Below, in pieces: positions 25,243 through 37,294 of a DNA stretch of 64,000 bases. The stretch is from positions 1,426,001-1,490,000 of the forward strand of contig NW_027117347.1 in the NCBI RefSeq assembly GCF_038025025.1. The letters run 5' to 3'. Both the position numbers and the translations under genes were made by a program. The stretch comes from Phyllosticta citribraziliensis. Its lineage: Eukaryota. Numbering within the stretch: position 1 is the first letter of the stretch; each line of letters opens with the position of its first letter. A model generated the notes under the pieces. The model made no database searches. It was not told the DNA's origin and worked only from the letters and a program-made list of their open reading frames with translations.

Positions 25243-28200
25243 TTACATGAGAACCCACTCGCTGCCCCTCTTGATGAACTTGTCCAGCATGAGCGCCACG
25301 TCGTTGAGGACGAAGCGGCACACGTAGAAGCCAAAGAACTCGGCCGCGTGCCGCGTGCTCAGCTCCAGTCCGACGTGCGTCGGCGAGCTGTGCTTGAGCC
25401 CCGGGTCTTCGACTTGGCGCGCGATTTGGTCTGGAGAGCGAGTTAGCAAGGCAAGGTCGCCGAATGAGGGGGGGAAAGAGAGTGGTGGTCATGTTCGTAC
25501 CCAGTACTTGGACCGCGTCGCACAGCCGCGCCACGGCGCTCATGTAGTTGGCGTTTGGACCCGAGAAATCGGCGCCGGGCACGGCGCCACCCGGCAGCTC
25601 TCGCCGCGCCGCGAAGCGGATGCTGGGCAGGCTGGTCATGGGGAGCGTGCTCATGGTGAGCGAGTCCTTTTCGATGCCAGCACCGGCGCCACTGATGCTG
25701 CCGACGCGGCTCGACGAGCTGGAAAAGTTGTTGGAAAGATTTGCGCCCGAGTTCTTGCTGCGCAGCTTCTTCCAGCTGCTGAGGTAGCGGCTGGAAGAGC
25801 CGAGTTTCGACGGCAGCTCTGAGGCCGTGCTGCCATCTGGACTCATGACGCCCACCGTGTTGGCGTCTTTGAACATGTTGTTGACGCCGTTGGTTCCAAC
25901 GTCGGAGCCAAGCTTCTTGATCAAGACGCTCTGTACTTGATCAAAGACGAGCTCGAGATTTTGCATCTCCTCGAGTACGCCGTCGGCGTCGTTTTGATCG
26001 ATTCGGTTCAGCTTGGCCAAAGCCGCGGTGAGGTAGTCGCAGTTGGAGATTTTCTCCTCAATGGCCTTGATCTTGACGCCCTTGACGTTCCATATGTCGC
26101 GTGGTATGAAGAGTTTGGTGCTCAGATAGCCGCCGCGCGGGTGAACCAACGTTTGGTAGAAGCACCGCATGAGCCAAAACGGTCGCAGGAGGTAGGCGTC
26201 GGGACAGGGTTCGAGGGGTATAGGAGCATTCACGGCCATCGGGTTCGGTGATCCAGGGCTGTACGCGCTATGGATATCTGCTTCGAATAGATGCATCCCG
26301 CCCGTAGGAATGCCATCGAGGTTAAAGTTGGGGATGCTGGGCGTGGCGGTAATTTGGGGATTACTAGTTTTGCGATGAAAGTTGGAAAATGTGGTGCTAA
26401 GGGGAGTCCCAACAGACCCGTCAGAGCCATCGGGGCTAGAAACCGAGACCTGGCGGTTCCGCAAGCTAATGGACGACTTGTTCTTCTTTAGCGGATGAGG
26501 AGCCTTTCGCGAGCCAAGTTCTGGCGTCGACGCGTCGGTTGGAATCGGGTTCAGCGAGGGCGCGAGAGATATTGATGGCATGGTTTCAGCAGGGCTAACG
26601 GCAGTCGAGCCGACTGTAGGCGCCTGCAGGTTAGGTTGTGACGCCGAAGCTGTTGGTTGTTTGAATGTGCTTGCAGGCAAAGTAGGACCGCTGGCAGCTG
26701 GGTTCGCCGTCTTGGGCAAAGCGGGTGCGTCGACGCTCTTGGCTTGACTAGGCTGCGTCAACGGCCCTTTGACATCTTCAGGAATACCAGTCTCAATCTT
26801 GAGCTGTTTGGCATTTTGCGCCGACAGTCGTCTGCTTCTCACGCTCGATTGTGAGTCTGACGCAGCATGCCATGGACCAGATGGCGTTTTTGATTTGCCG
26901 TCTGCCTCGCTCACGGACGGCAAGCCCTGCTGGGATGATGCGACGGCCGTCTTTTGCGACGAGGAAGCATCGTTCTCTGTAACCGTTGAGAGAGACGTCC
27001 CGGCAGTATTGCGAGCTGAAGACATTGAACTGTGCCACGTGCTTCCAGAAAAGGTGCTCGAGTCGGACTGTCGCGGCAGGGCCGATTTTGTTTGAAGGCC
27101 AAAATCAAAATCGTCCAGCAAGTAATCTCTGGTCATCTCTTCCAGCATGCGTTCCTCGTCCTCAGCATCGTCATCATCCATGCTTCCTTCGAAACTGCCT
27201 TCCCGCATGTGCGATCGACGATTTTCCATCATGCGGTCTTTTGCTCGCTGTTTGGCTTCCTCTATTGCCATTTCCCTTTCTGCTTCCCGGACGCGTTCTT
27301 TTGCCCGCTCAAGATTTTTTCGATACGGTGACATGGCGTCAGGATCTTCGTACTCGTCGTCGTAGGCAGCGTCGACCGCAGCGTCCAATGCGGCGTCGAA
27401 TTCGACCTCCGTCACCCCACTCCCATCGCGCACGTGGCCCTTGGTTCGAGTCCCGGCGCGCATGGAACGCACAGAAGACGAGCAGGATGACCCACCAGAT
27501 TCGTCAATGGTGTCCAACCAAGATATTGACTCATTGCTCATACCACGCTGGTGTTGCTGGCTGTTGCTCTGGCTGTTTCCTTGGCTGTTGGATCTACTCC
27601 TGGCGGAACCTGGGGCGCTGTACTGATCAAACTCGTCATTCGGACCGTTGGGTGTGGCTGGACGGCGTGGGGACAGCGGGGGTGGCATGAAGCTTCGATC
27701 CATCGGAGATTCAAGATTTCCCTTGAGCCGCGCTTGTCCGGTCTTGCCAGGAGGTGGCTGCAGGTGGAAACGGGGGGAGTCGGACGGAGGGATAGAGTTT
27801 TCAACGTCGCGAATGGCCGAGCTGATGATCGACTCCCTTGCGGGCCTCTTGCTAAAGTTTTGCTCCCGCGATGGTTTGTCGGCAGACTTGTCGTTGACGA
27901 TGCGCGTTACAGTCGCCGTCTCAATCACGGCGGGATCCTGGTCGTGCTCTACGCTGTGGTCAATCATGTGTTGTGCCTCGGCCAGCGACTCGTTGCTCAT
28001 CGGCCGCGAGGGCAGAGCCTTTTCGCCGTTTTCACGCCAAGCAGGGTCGAGCTGCTTGAGTTCCTGGATGCGATTCGTGTACGTCATCCGCTGCGTGTCT
28101 CAGTCAGAAACATACTTTATCAGACCCCACCCAAACGGACTTACAATTGCCTCCAATTTCTTCCGATCCTCTTCGCCGGTGCTTCGCCGCATAACCTGCG

Positions 28201-29311
28201 ACAGCAGCTTGCAGGCGTCGGCGTATGCCTCCATTGCGCCCTCAAAGTTTTGCGCATTGTCGAGCAAGACGGCCGTGTTGGCCTTTTGCAGTGCTCTCGA
28301 CAGCATCGTCTTCTTGTCTTTGTCGCCTCGGTCTCGGTTGCGCGAAGACCTCCTCCGTCGTTCGTCCTCTGACTTGTCGTTGCCTCCGACACTGTGTTCC
28401 CTTTGTTTGCTCCCAGGATGATCCTTGCGTTTGGTGGACAGCTCCTTGGTATGGTGGCTCGTTGAGCTGTCCAAAGCCGACGCCGCGCCAGCTCGCGACG
28501 ACGTTGACGAGTGGAGTCGGGAGTGTTTGTGGCGAGGGGATGTGCTTTCACCGGCGAATGGAGATGCGAGACCTGGTTGTCCCGGCTTGCGGGGTGACGA
28601 TGAGGCGCCAACAATGGGCTTGGTGGTAAAGTAGTCGGTACCCGAGTTGAAGGCAGTGGGAGTGCGATTGCCGTTGGTCGTCGTGGCCGAGTTGGTGAAG
28701 CTGCTGTGATTGTTGTGATTGTTGGCCGAGTTCAAGGGAGGCGAGGACGAGTCGAAGGCGGTGGGCGACAGAATCGGCAGCGCAGGCGGCGGGTCTGGAG
28801 CAGGTATCACGGGAGGAGGAGAATGGGGTCTCTTGGCGCGCGAATTCAAGTCTGGAGGCGACTTTCTCTTGGGGGACGACTGGATAGCGGAGCCATGGAA
28901 AGGGTTTAGGCCAAGACTGAGTCGTCGTTGGGTGGTTGAGAAGCTGCCCTGACGCAGGTCTCGGACAATCGAGGCCCTGCTCGAGGTGGACGACTCGGAC
29001 CAACGATTGACGTTGCCAATGCCCTCGACGACCTCGCCGACGTGGGAGAGGGTGGAGCTGCGGCGGTGAGCCGAGAGGCGCTTGCGGGAGCGAAGCTTGC
29101 GCGCTTGGTTCGGCGACGAGTCGGGGTCGAGATAGGGGTCGGCGGCGGGGTGGTGTGGGGGAAGAGGAGGCGAGGCGTCGTGGACGAGGGAGGCGGCCGA
29201 GGCAGCACGCTTGACGGTGACGATGGACGAGGTCAGGGAGCTGTCCTTGGAGTGGGAGGCCTTGCGATGGTGGTGGTGGTGGTGGTTGTGGTGGTGGGAG
29301 GTGGTGTGCAT
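25243..29311 (-). CDS. Fungal MIT-domain protein (3 exons, about 1300 aa, largely disordered, conserved C-terminal domain)
   Basis: MIT-like helices MLSRALQKANTAVLLDNAQNFEGAMEAYADACKLL..DRKKLEAI/RMTYTNRIQEL. C-terminal RPFWLMR..HPRGGYLSTKLFIP and FVLNDVALMLDKFIKRG. Introns near 28143-28092 and 25503-25433. Confidence 0.85.
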
Positions 29312-31162
29312 GGTCCTAAGGTCGTCGGGCGGTCTGAAACCGTAGTTTGGTCGCGGCTAGTTCATGCATGCGAAGCGGATTGGTGCGGTGGCTAGTTGGG
29401 CGCACGAGAGCAGTGGTCGAGGGCCGAGGGGCAGCTGGGCGTCGAAAAAAGGGGACCGAAACGCGACGAGATATGTTGTGGAATGGGGCCCAGTCGTCGC
29501 TCTTTGGCCGCGCGCAGAGAGGGCTGGGTGTACCCCTGGTTGGCACAGGGGCCGCGTGTGAGGCTGCTGCCAATTGGCGGAACGATGAGCGCCTCGAGCA
29601 GAAGCGGCGATGCGATGCACCAGGCGAGACGTGACGTGACGCGATTTGACGAGACGAGACAAGACGACAATTGAATGACGAGCAGAGGGCGGAGATGAGT
29701 TGCGGATGGAGCAGCGCGCAGGGTGCGGGCGAGGGTCCGGAAGCGGAGAGCAGACGGAGAGGGTCGAAGGCTCCGACGGGGCGCGCTGAGGGCAGAGGGC
29801 GCGTGCCAACGACTGACTTGAGAGGTGATGATCCAGCTAAAGGTGTGGAGGTGAAGTGAGGCGGGCAGCAATCGCTTTTGGGTGGTGGGATGGGTGAGAT
29901 GGCTCCTCATCGGATGGGATGGGATGGGATGGGATGCAGCGGCTAAGCTCCTGTCGAGCGTATCGGCTTCATCGCAAACACTAGCTAGCGCACGACGGGC
30001 CGCTCTTCTTGCAGACGGATACACATTGCGACTCCATGTACATGTAGGTGTTCGGTACTGTACCGTGGTGGTGAGGGAACACGTCTCGTCTGTGCCACCC
30101 ATGCAACTGGGGTTCACGTCTTTTCCAGTTCCTTGGTGGCCTGGCCTGGCCTGGCCGTGAGAGAGGCCGGCTTCAACTCACTTTTTACGCCTGTCCCGCC
30201 CTCGTATCGCCCAACCCAATCTCCATGTCTTAGCGCCACCAGGGCAGTTGGAAAGCCGTACTGTATGTACTGCACACAACGCCTGAGGCAGCCATTCAGG
30301 CACCGCCGGCGGAAAAGGGAGCGAATGGTGAGCTCTGCTGCAGATGCAGACCTGACGGCGTGCAGACAGCCAGCATGCACGTCTTGGGTTCCGTTCTCAG
30401 GAACACCACACGCCCCACGTGGGAACCCTTGCCTTGCGTCAACTTAAACCTAAACCAACTCGACCGCACCGCTTGTCCGCCCGCCTCCCCATAAGCCGAC
30501 GAGAACACCCTACAAAACCCCACGCGTGCCACCACTTCTTCCTCCAGTCCGTCTTGACCTTGCCCTGGCTGACCTCTGTCGGGTCGCGCGACGTCCTGCG
30601 CTCGACCCCGACTAGCTCCAAACGCCCGCTTTGCTTCCCTTCCCTTCCCTTCCCTTCCCTTCCCGCCCGACGGCGGCGACAGCTCAGCCCGTGACCGCCC
30701 ATCACCATTATCGCCGTCCGTCATCGGGCTCGGCCAATTTTTCATTTTTCAATTTTTTCCCTCACCCTCATCCTTCGGCCTGACGAACGCTCGTGGACCC
30801 TGTCCGAACTGCAGATTGTCAAAATCCCGACGTTGCTGATGGTCTGACTTATTGGTCCTCTCATGCCGCCCTGTAAGGAGAGACAGAGGACAGCAGCCAA
30901 CGACCCCAGGGCAGGTTCTGCAAGGAGATAGGTTGGCAGGCTGGCCGGGCGTCCATGGCACGACGCATTGCTACTTGCTCTTGTCAGACTGTGTGCCACG
31001 CTCATGACCGTTGGCTCTCTACACCATTGACACCATGGTGACCTCCGTGCTGAGTACTGGAGCTCGTAGGACAAGGAAGGCTTCCTAGATGATGACATGT
31101 GCAGCGACAGTCAGCCCAGCCCTCGACTCCACCTGCTTACATCAGTTAGTAGCGCACGGTGG

Positions 31163-31195
31163 TGGCGTCTGGCGTCTGGCGTCTGGCGTCTGGCG
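31163..31195. repeat. (TGGCGTC)n heptamer tandem repeat
   Basis: Four full units and one partial unit. Confidence 0.85.
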
Positions 31196-32558
31196 ACATG
31201 GCTTGGCTTGGCTTGCACGGTAGGTACGGTGGGTATGCAGCACGGATACCAGCGTGCGTGCGTGACTGCTACACAAGCAAGGCGGGTGGGCGGGCGGCAG
31301 GGCGCTGCAGATGTTTTCTTCTCTTGCGGTAGGTGCAGAACATTTCTTCACCGTCGGTCGACTTGGTTGGTTGGTCTGGGAGCTGCGTGTGGGGGTGATC
31401 ATGCAAGGGATGGATGGCTGGAATGCACGAGAATGGGGGAGAGAATGAGGACGAGGCGATTGAAGGAGAGCTTGCGTCTGTTGGTGAGCGCTCTCTCGCT
31501 GGCTGATGCAGCGTTGCTTTCCCAAGAACGACAGGTACGGTGTAGGCGGCAGAACCCACCAGAAGAAGCGAGGGAGGCCGTCTTCATGATGGCTACACAA
31601 AACGGTGTGCGTGTAGGAGTACAGAGATGCAGAAAATGTGTCGAGACGGCCGTTTTCTTGGCTTCTTCTCCACGCTGCGTTTGCTCTGAACGAGATACGT
31701 CCGAGGCTTGGTCGCAAAAGTCGTGGCACACACACATATCTCCCACTCACTACAACAATGCTTGAATGCTCTCTATGAGTCGCCAGTAGAGGGTATGAAC
31801 ACTCCCTACATGTGTTAATTACAGGTATTAGGGTCTTGACTTCCCTGACCACATACTCTAGTCTAGAGCAGCTTAAATGCTTCCTAAGGGCAATACTGAT
31901 TCCTGACCTAAATCTTGTGTGTCCCACGACTTTTGGTAACAAGCCTCGGTCGATGGGAAAGAGCTTGGGCAACGTGGTACACAAAGTGACAACCCACTGT
32001 AATCAGGAAACAGCTGCTGCAAATATTTGGCTCCTTGCTTCCCCTGCCCATGTGTACAGACAGACCATCAAGTGCGTTCGAGAGAGCAAGCATCTTGCGG
32101 CGCCGATTCAGCGATGGATGTGGTCATGTGCCGATATTCATTGCGTTTGTCCTGTTCCCCTACATAACTATGCTTGCACGTCTGTCTGTGTCTCTGTGCG
32201 TCCGCCTTCTCTACCCCATCTTTTCATAGATGGGCGCAAAGAGCTCTAGAAGATGAAGAAGGGTGCGCTCAGTGGGTGAAAGAAAGCACCCGATCTACCT
32301 CGAATCACTCGCTGTCGTCACCTTCCGTCGTCGTTGAGAAGAGAAGAGGAAAGAAGAAAATGTAAAAAAGGACGCCCGATATGCATCACCTCAGCTCCCG
32401 AGCCTTCTCTCCATCTACCCACCACCAGTATTCATGCAGTCGCCATTCGTTCATACCTCGTCTCTCCTCAACGTGCAAAGCATACCCCCATTCAAAGGTT
32501 TCCTGGCTCCATGAAGCAACAAAATAGAGCAGCAACGGCGTGCTACCACTGCACGCAC

Positions 32559-34206
32559 TCACAAATCAGCCATCATGTCTTCGTCTTCGTCGTGAGCCTC
32601 CCAGCTCACGTCCATCGTGTCGCCACCGAGACCCGGGTCTGCGCCCTCCTTGTTCTTGTTCCGCCTCTTGACGTGCTCGACGTGCTCGCGCGTCACCGTG
32701 AGCCGGTGCGTCGCAGCCTTGATGTGTTCGGCAAGCTCCTGCGTCTTCTTGACCTGCGTCATGAGCTCTGCCAGCTGCTGCTCCTCGGCGCGCGCCGCCG
32801 GCACGTTGCAGTGGTCTGCGTCATGGAAGCGGAGAATCTTGGCAGCGCTGGCCGAGGGTTGCTCGATGGCCGCGTTGAGGAAGCCTTCGTCGATGAGCGC
32901 TTGCAAGTACTGCTCGACTGCTTCTGGGGTCTTGTTGATCCAAGAGGCGACGGTTGCGAGTGGTGCTGCGGCGTATGTCTTTTGGAGGTTCTTGACAAAG
33001 ACTTTGGATTGGTGCGCTTGCAGCTCCCGCAACAGCCCCGTGTTTCCATCCTAGCTCGAGAGTTAGCCAGGACCTAGGACATGAATGGCGATGCTTGACT
33101 TACCTCATGCCAGATGGAAGCTCCCGCATCAATTTCTGCATGTAACTTGGCCGCGTCTCCCGAACTGAAAGCCTCCACAACTGCATCATACGCCTTGGAT
33201 GCGGCCTTGATGCTTCGCAGCGCCATTGAATTTGCTCCCTTCAGTGAAGAAGTACCTTCGACAAGGCAGCTGACCAGCACCCACTTTCGATACGCCTCGG
33301 CCATCAGTCCACTTGCAACATTCTGTGCCGGCGTCGTGAGAATGTACTCGAGAAACAGCTGGGCCTGTCCCCACTGCCGCAGAGCCAGATACACGTTGGC
33401 GCCAAGAAGAAAGTATTCTTGAACATCGGAAGAGGAGACGTTGGCCGACAGGCCGGACGCTTTTGTAATGTAGCCGGCACTCGTAAAGTGGTCTGCGCAA
33501 GGCAGGGTGAATTCGCCGCCTTTGACTGAGGTTGAGGGAAAGCTGTGGATGTACTGTTCTAGGACGGGGAGAGCTTCGAAGGGTGCTCTGACTTCGTTGC
33601 AGAGACGGAGATAGAGGAGGTGGGTGGAGGTGAATGTGCCAAGGGTGGGATCCATGCGCGTCATGGCATTGCGGATGGGGACCAAGGCGACTGCCGGCTT
33701 GAAAGCAATCGTCAGTTGAGCTACTACCGCGTCACGAGCGGCGAGACTTACCTGGCCTACTGAGCGAACGATGAGGTCCATATGCTCGATAACCTTGCGC
33801 CATGTTTTTCCCACATATCGGATTTGCATCGGATCGAAGGTGTTCAGAAAAGTTGCTAGCTTTGAGAAGAGCTCGCCGCCGGGTCGAATGTTGTCGGGCA
33901 CTGGGCCACTCTTGCGTTGGTCCACAAGCGCGGAGATCTGACTGAACAAGACATAGAGGTAAGGTATCGTGTTTACGGAAGGGTCGAGGATCTGTAGAGC
34001 GTAAGCTACGAAGTATTGCGAGTTTCGACGACACTCACGTCCAGCAGCTTCTCATCGCCCAGTGCTCCCGCGACCCAGAAGTATGGATTGATGCCATCGA
34101 GCGTTTGAATGTAGCTGCGGATTGCCTGGTCGTATTCGTTGGGGGAAAGCTGCTCAAGGCTAGCTCCAGCAGGTGGAAAGTTGAAGAGCGCGGTCGGATC
34201 AGCCAT
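32559..34206 (-). CDS. CSN3: COP9 signalosome subunit 3-like PCI protein (introns 34038-33992, 33751-33698, 33103-33051)
   Basis: Motifs LDPSVNTIPYL, FLNTFDPMQIRYVG, FTSTHL, EAYRKWVLVS and DGNTGLL, then a C-terminal PCI winged-helix-like region. Confidence 0.85.
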
Positions 34207-34708
34207 GAGGGTGGTTGCGGCTGATGGCCGTGATGAGGCGCGAGGTGACGGTAGACAGGAAGAGGTCGGCGGCGTAGCTCTGCGGTGACGGGGCTGCTTG
34301 TGTTAATTGAGCGCGCTCAGCAGCATGTGCTCGGAATAGAGGCGAGGTTTTGTGTGTGCAAGCGCAATAGATTTGCAAAGGGTCCAATCGAGGAATTGAA
34401 AAGGCAGCAAGTCACGTCGTTCCAGGATGATTGGGTGGATTTGGTGAGATGGCAGCTTGATGATGCTTCCCCAGGTTTCCCGTGCTCGGTGATGCCGTCG
34501 GCACCGCGATTCGCCGACAAAGAGCTGGGTGCGCAACCGCCGCTTTGGCTGTAACTACTTTCCCAGGGCCAACATGAGGAATATTGTAAACAACAGGTAC
34601 AGTACCTCTGAGCCTTACTTTACGGTATTTCAATCTAGCTCCAGGAATGTCGACCCTTTTTGGGTTGCTCTGAGCTAACACAACTACCACGACCACAATC
34701 AAGCGTGC

Positions 34709-35547
34709 TCATATCCGCATGCCCTTGCTCCTAAGCATGTTCACTACCGAATGGCCTGTGTAGTCTAGCCATTGCGACACAGCGCCGGTTGTTGTGCCCA
34801 CCGTTCTCAAATCCTCCAGCCTCGAGTCCAAGAAGCTCTCCGTGTCCTTGAAGTTTTTCGACTGGTCCTGGGTCATAAAGACCTCGGCCGCCGCGTAGAT
34901 CGTAGACAGGGTCGCTCTCTTCGTGTACCAACTGCTATCAACGCTACCGTCTCCGGCCAGGAACCATATCTCGTCTGCCAGCTTCGCGAGCTCCGAAAGG
35001 GATGCGGGTACGTAAGATGGTTGTGCCATTATCGCCAAAGCCTACAAAAGCAGTATCGTAAGCTTGCAGTCCATCACACCACGAATGACCATGCCGTTCT
35101 TACCTCTTGCCAACGATGTATGATGGGCGAATTCGCCCGCAGTCTCTCGAGAGTCAGCACCCGGACCTTTGCGCCAACTCCCAATGGTTTGCCCCCGTTG
35201 TTGACATCATTGGCGAACTGCACCGTGTCGCGAAGTGCCAATCGCCTCACGGCGAGGTGGTATTGGATCAAGTCAAAAGCCCCACGCGGAAAGAGGTTTA
35301 CGGATGCCTCCACATAGCCTGCATCGCGCGCGCCGAGTTGCAAGGCGAGATTTGTGAAGCCATGCTTTGGGACTTGTACTAGCGCTGAGGAGAGGATTGC
35401 GGATTCCACGGGAGGGTATGACGGCGACTGAGCGTGATCGTACGAGTGGTAGAGCGCGCGTCGTGCAGCGGCAGCGCTGGCTATGTGTCGGTGGAGGTAT
35501 CGAAGGTGGCCCAATCCGGGGCGGATGCAGCGCGTTGGAGAAGCCAT
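34709..35547 (-). CDS. COQ9: Ubiquinone biosynthesis protein Coq9, mitochondrial (intron 35103-35042)
   Basis: Motifs ILSSALVQVPKHGFT, LADEIWFLAGD, SWYTKRATLSTIY and FMTQDQS. Confidence 0.95.
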
Positions 35548-35774
35548 GACGAGGTTTTGATGGAGGTGGAGCTTTGGCGATGAGCGGGCGGCTGATCTTC
35601 ACGGGAAGCCGGGTTCCTAACTGGCTGGCGTGTAGAGTACTTCGTCTTTTCTCATTCAGCATCTCGTGGAAAACGTGTGCTCGCAGACTTAGATTCGCAC
35701 TTTCTCACAACCATGGTTAATCATTTCATAGTTGGGTATTCGCATTTCTAAACTAAACCGGCCGCCCAAGTTGG

Positions 35775-37010
35775 TTACAGCCCCAGCGCCCCAAGCCCAC
35801 CAACATCCAATTTCTGAGACCGGGCTGCTTGGATGGCTTCAAACTCCAACTTCTCCCGCATCTTTTTGGCCCATCGAGACACTTTCTCCCTGCCCTGTTC
35901 GAAGCGATCCAGGCTTCTGATTTCGTTTCGGAAGAGCGTGCCTGGCATAAAAGCTGGTACTTTTCTGGCCGTGAAGACAATGGAACGAATCATTTCGTAT
36001 GTTGCCTGGTCGAATCGAATGCCTCCATCCTGCATCTCGGTCAAGATTTCATCGATTCCTTGAAAGTCGCCATAGGTGAGCCACGAGATTGCAATGAGCT
36101 CGTTGTACAGCTCTGTGCTCACACCCAGTGCAAAAGACTCGCGGCCAAAGCTCTTGACCGTCGGCAGTACCGACATGGCCAGAGTAGAAGTTGGAAACTC
36201 GATGCGCAGTTGGCGCATGGCATGGAGGAGAAATGTTGGATAGTTGGGGCCGATGATTTCCAGCTCGGAAAAGTCTGCGTCTTCGCTATCGCTTGCCGTG
36301 TCCATCGCGCTCTCCAGCGTGCCAGGTTCGTCCAAGTTCAATCTCCGAATGACGGAAAAGACTTCGTTGTCCAAAACATTCCAGAGCTCAATATCGCTCT
36401 GTGCTGCATTAAACATGGCCACCACGCGGTCGTACTGCTCCGCTTGTTTCCGTCTCAAGAGAACATATCTCCCTCTCATCTCCGCTTCTTTTTTCCGCTT
36501 CTTCGTGGTCGGCCCCAACATGGGTATCAGTTTGGTCGTCGTGCCCGGACCTTCTCTCGTGCTCGATGAGCCCAAGGCGTCGGCCAAGATTTCATCCAGG
36601 GTGCCTTTGTCCGAAAACTCAAAGTCTTTCTCTGCCTCCTCGGTAGCCTCTTTTGCTCTTGATGCATACTGTTCAAAAAGCTTTTTGAATGCTTCTCTCT
36701 CAGTTGCTGTGACAGACGTATCGTTCCTTTCGTGAAGGGCTATGGGACGGTCTTTTTCGTCTTCGAATGGAATTTCAAAATCGAGGTCGTCGTCCAGAGC
36801 ATTGGGGGCATGACTTCTGCCATTGTTGTCGCGTGTGACTCGGCCCAATTCATTCACGACCCTCAAATGTCGCTTTTGCATTCGCCATCTTGGAGGCGTG
36901 ACTGGAGAATGGTGGTGGCTTAGGATCGTGCGTGTGCGGTAGAGAAATGGGCAAAGAGTCGACTGGAGCGGGTTGAGAGCTCTTCGTGCGGCGGTTGTGG
37001 ACGCTGCCAT
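35775..37010 (-). CDS. MTF2: Mitochondrial Mtf2-family protein
   Basis: Presequence with LCPFLYRTRTI, then IPFE, TATEREAFKKLF, SDIELWNVL, SFALGVSTELYNELI and EMQDGGI. Confidence 0.75.
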   Translation of the reverse strand: MAASTTAARRALNPLQSTLCPFLYRTRTILSHHHSPVTPPRWRMQKRHLRVVNELGRVTRDNNGRSHAPNALDDDLDFEIPFEDEKDRPIALHERNDTSVTATEREAFKKLFEQYASRAKEATEEAEKDFEFSDKGTLDEILADALGSSSTREGPGTTTKLIPMLGPTTKKRKKEAEMRGRYVLLRRKQAEQYDRVVAMFNAAQSDIELWNVLDNEVFSVIRRLNLDEPGTLESAMDTASDSEDADFSELEIIGPNYPTFLLHAMRQLRIEFPTSTLAMSVLPTVKSFGRESFALGVSTELYNELIAISWLTYGDFQGIDEILTEMQDGGIRFDQATYEMIRSIVFTARKVPAFMPGTLFRNEIRSLDRFEQGREKVSRWAKKMREKLEFEAIQAARSQKLDVGGLGALGL

Positions 37011-37152
37011 GGCAGATGAGGCGAGAAAGGTTTGGAGTTCGCAGTTTGCGATTGACTCGCAAGCATCTGGGTTTGATTCGCGAGATTTCCGTTCCACGAG
37101 CCAGACCCTGGTCGACGGACTAGCATCCACTACCGAAGAGATGCCGGCCAAA

Positions 37153-37176
37153 ACGCGTGAGTTCGCGTCGACGCGT
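37153..37176. promoter_or_regulatory. Cluster of MCB (MluI cell-cycle box) elements in the MTF2/CMR1 bidirectional promoter
   Basis: ACGCGT (37153-37158), TCGCGT (37163-37168) and ACGCGT (37171-37176) within 24 bp. Confidence 0.7.
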
Positions 37177-37294
37177 CTTCAGTGACGCACTGCATCTTAC
37201 ACCATCATCGCTTCGAGTTGCAAGTCGCTTTCAACCCATCTCTATCTATTCTCGGTATCCCGGGTTTATCGCTCGGACCGGACTCAAATCAGAG

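Noticed and set aside
37157..37294. Open in-frame non-AUG extensions upstream of CMR1 (also MTF2, RFT1 and gapA)
   Set aside because: The CMR1 and MTF2 candidate starts lie in or beside the MCB promoter cluster and are probably not transcribed. None has further support.
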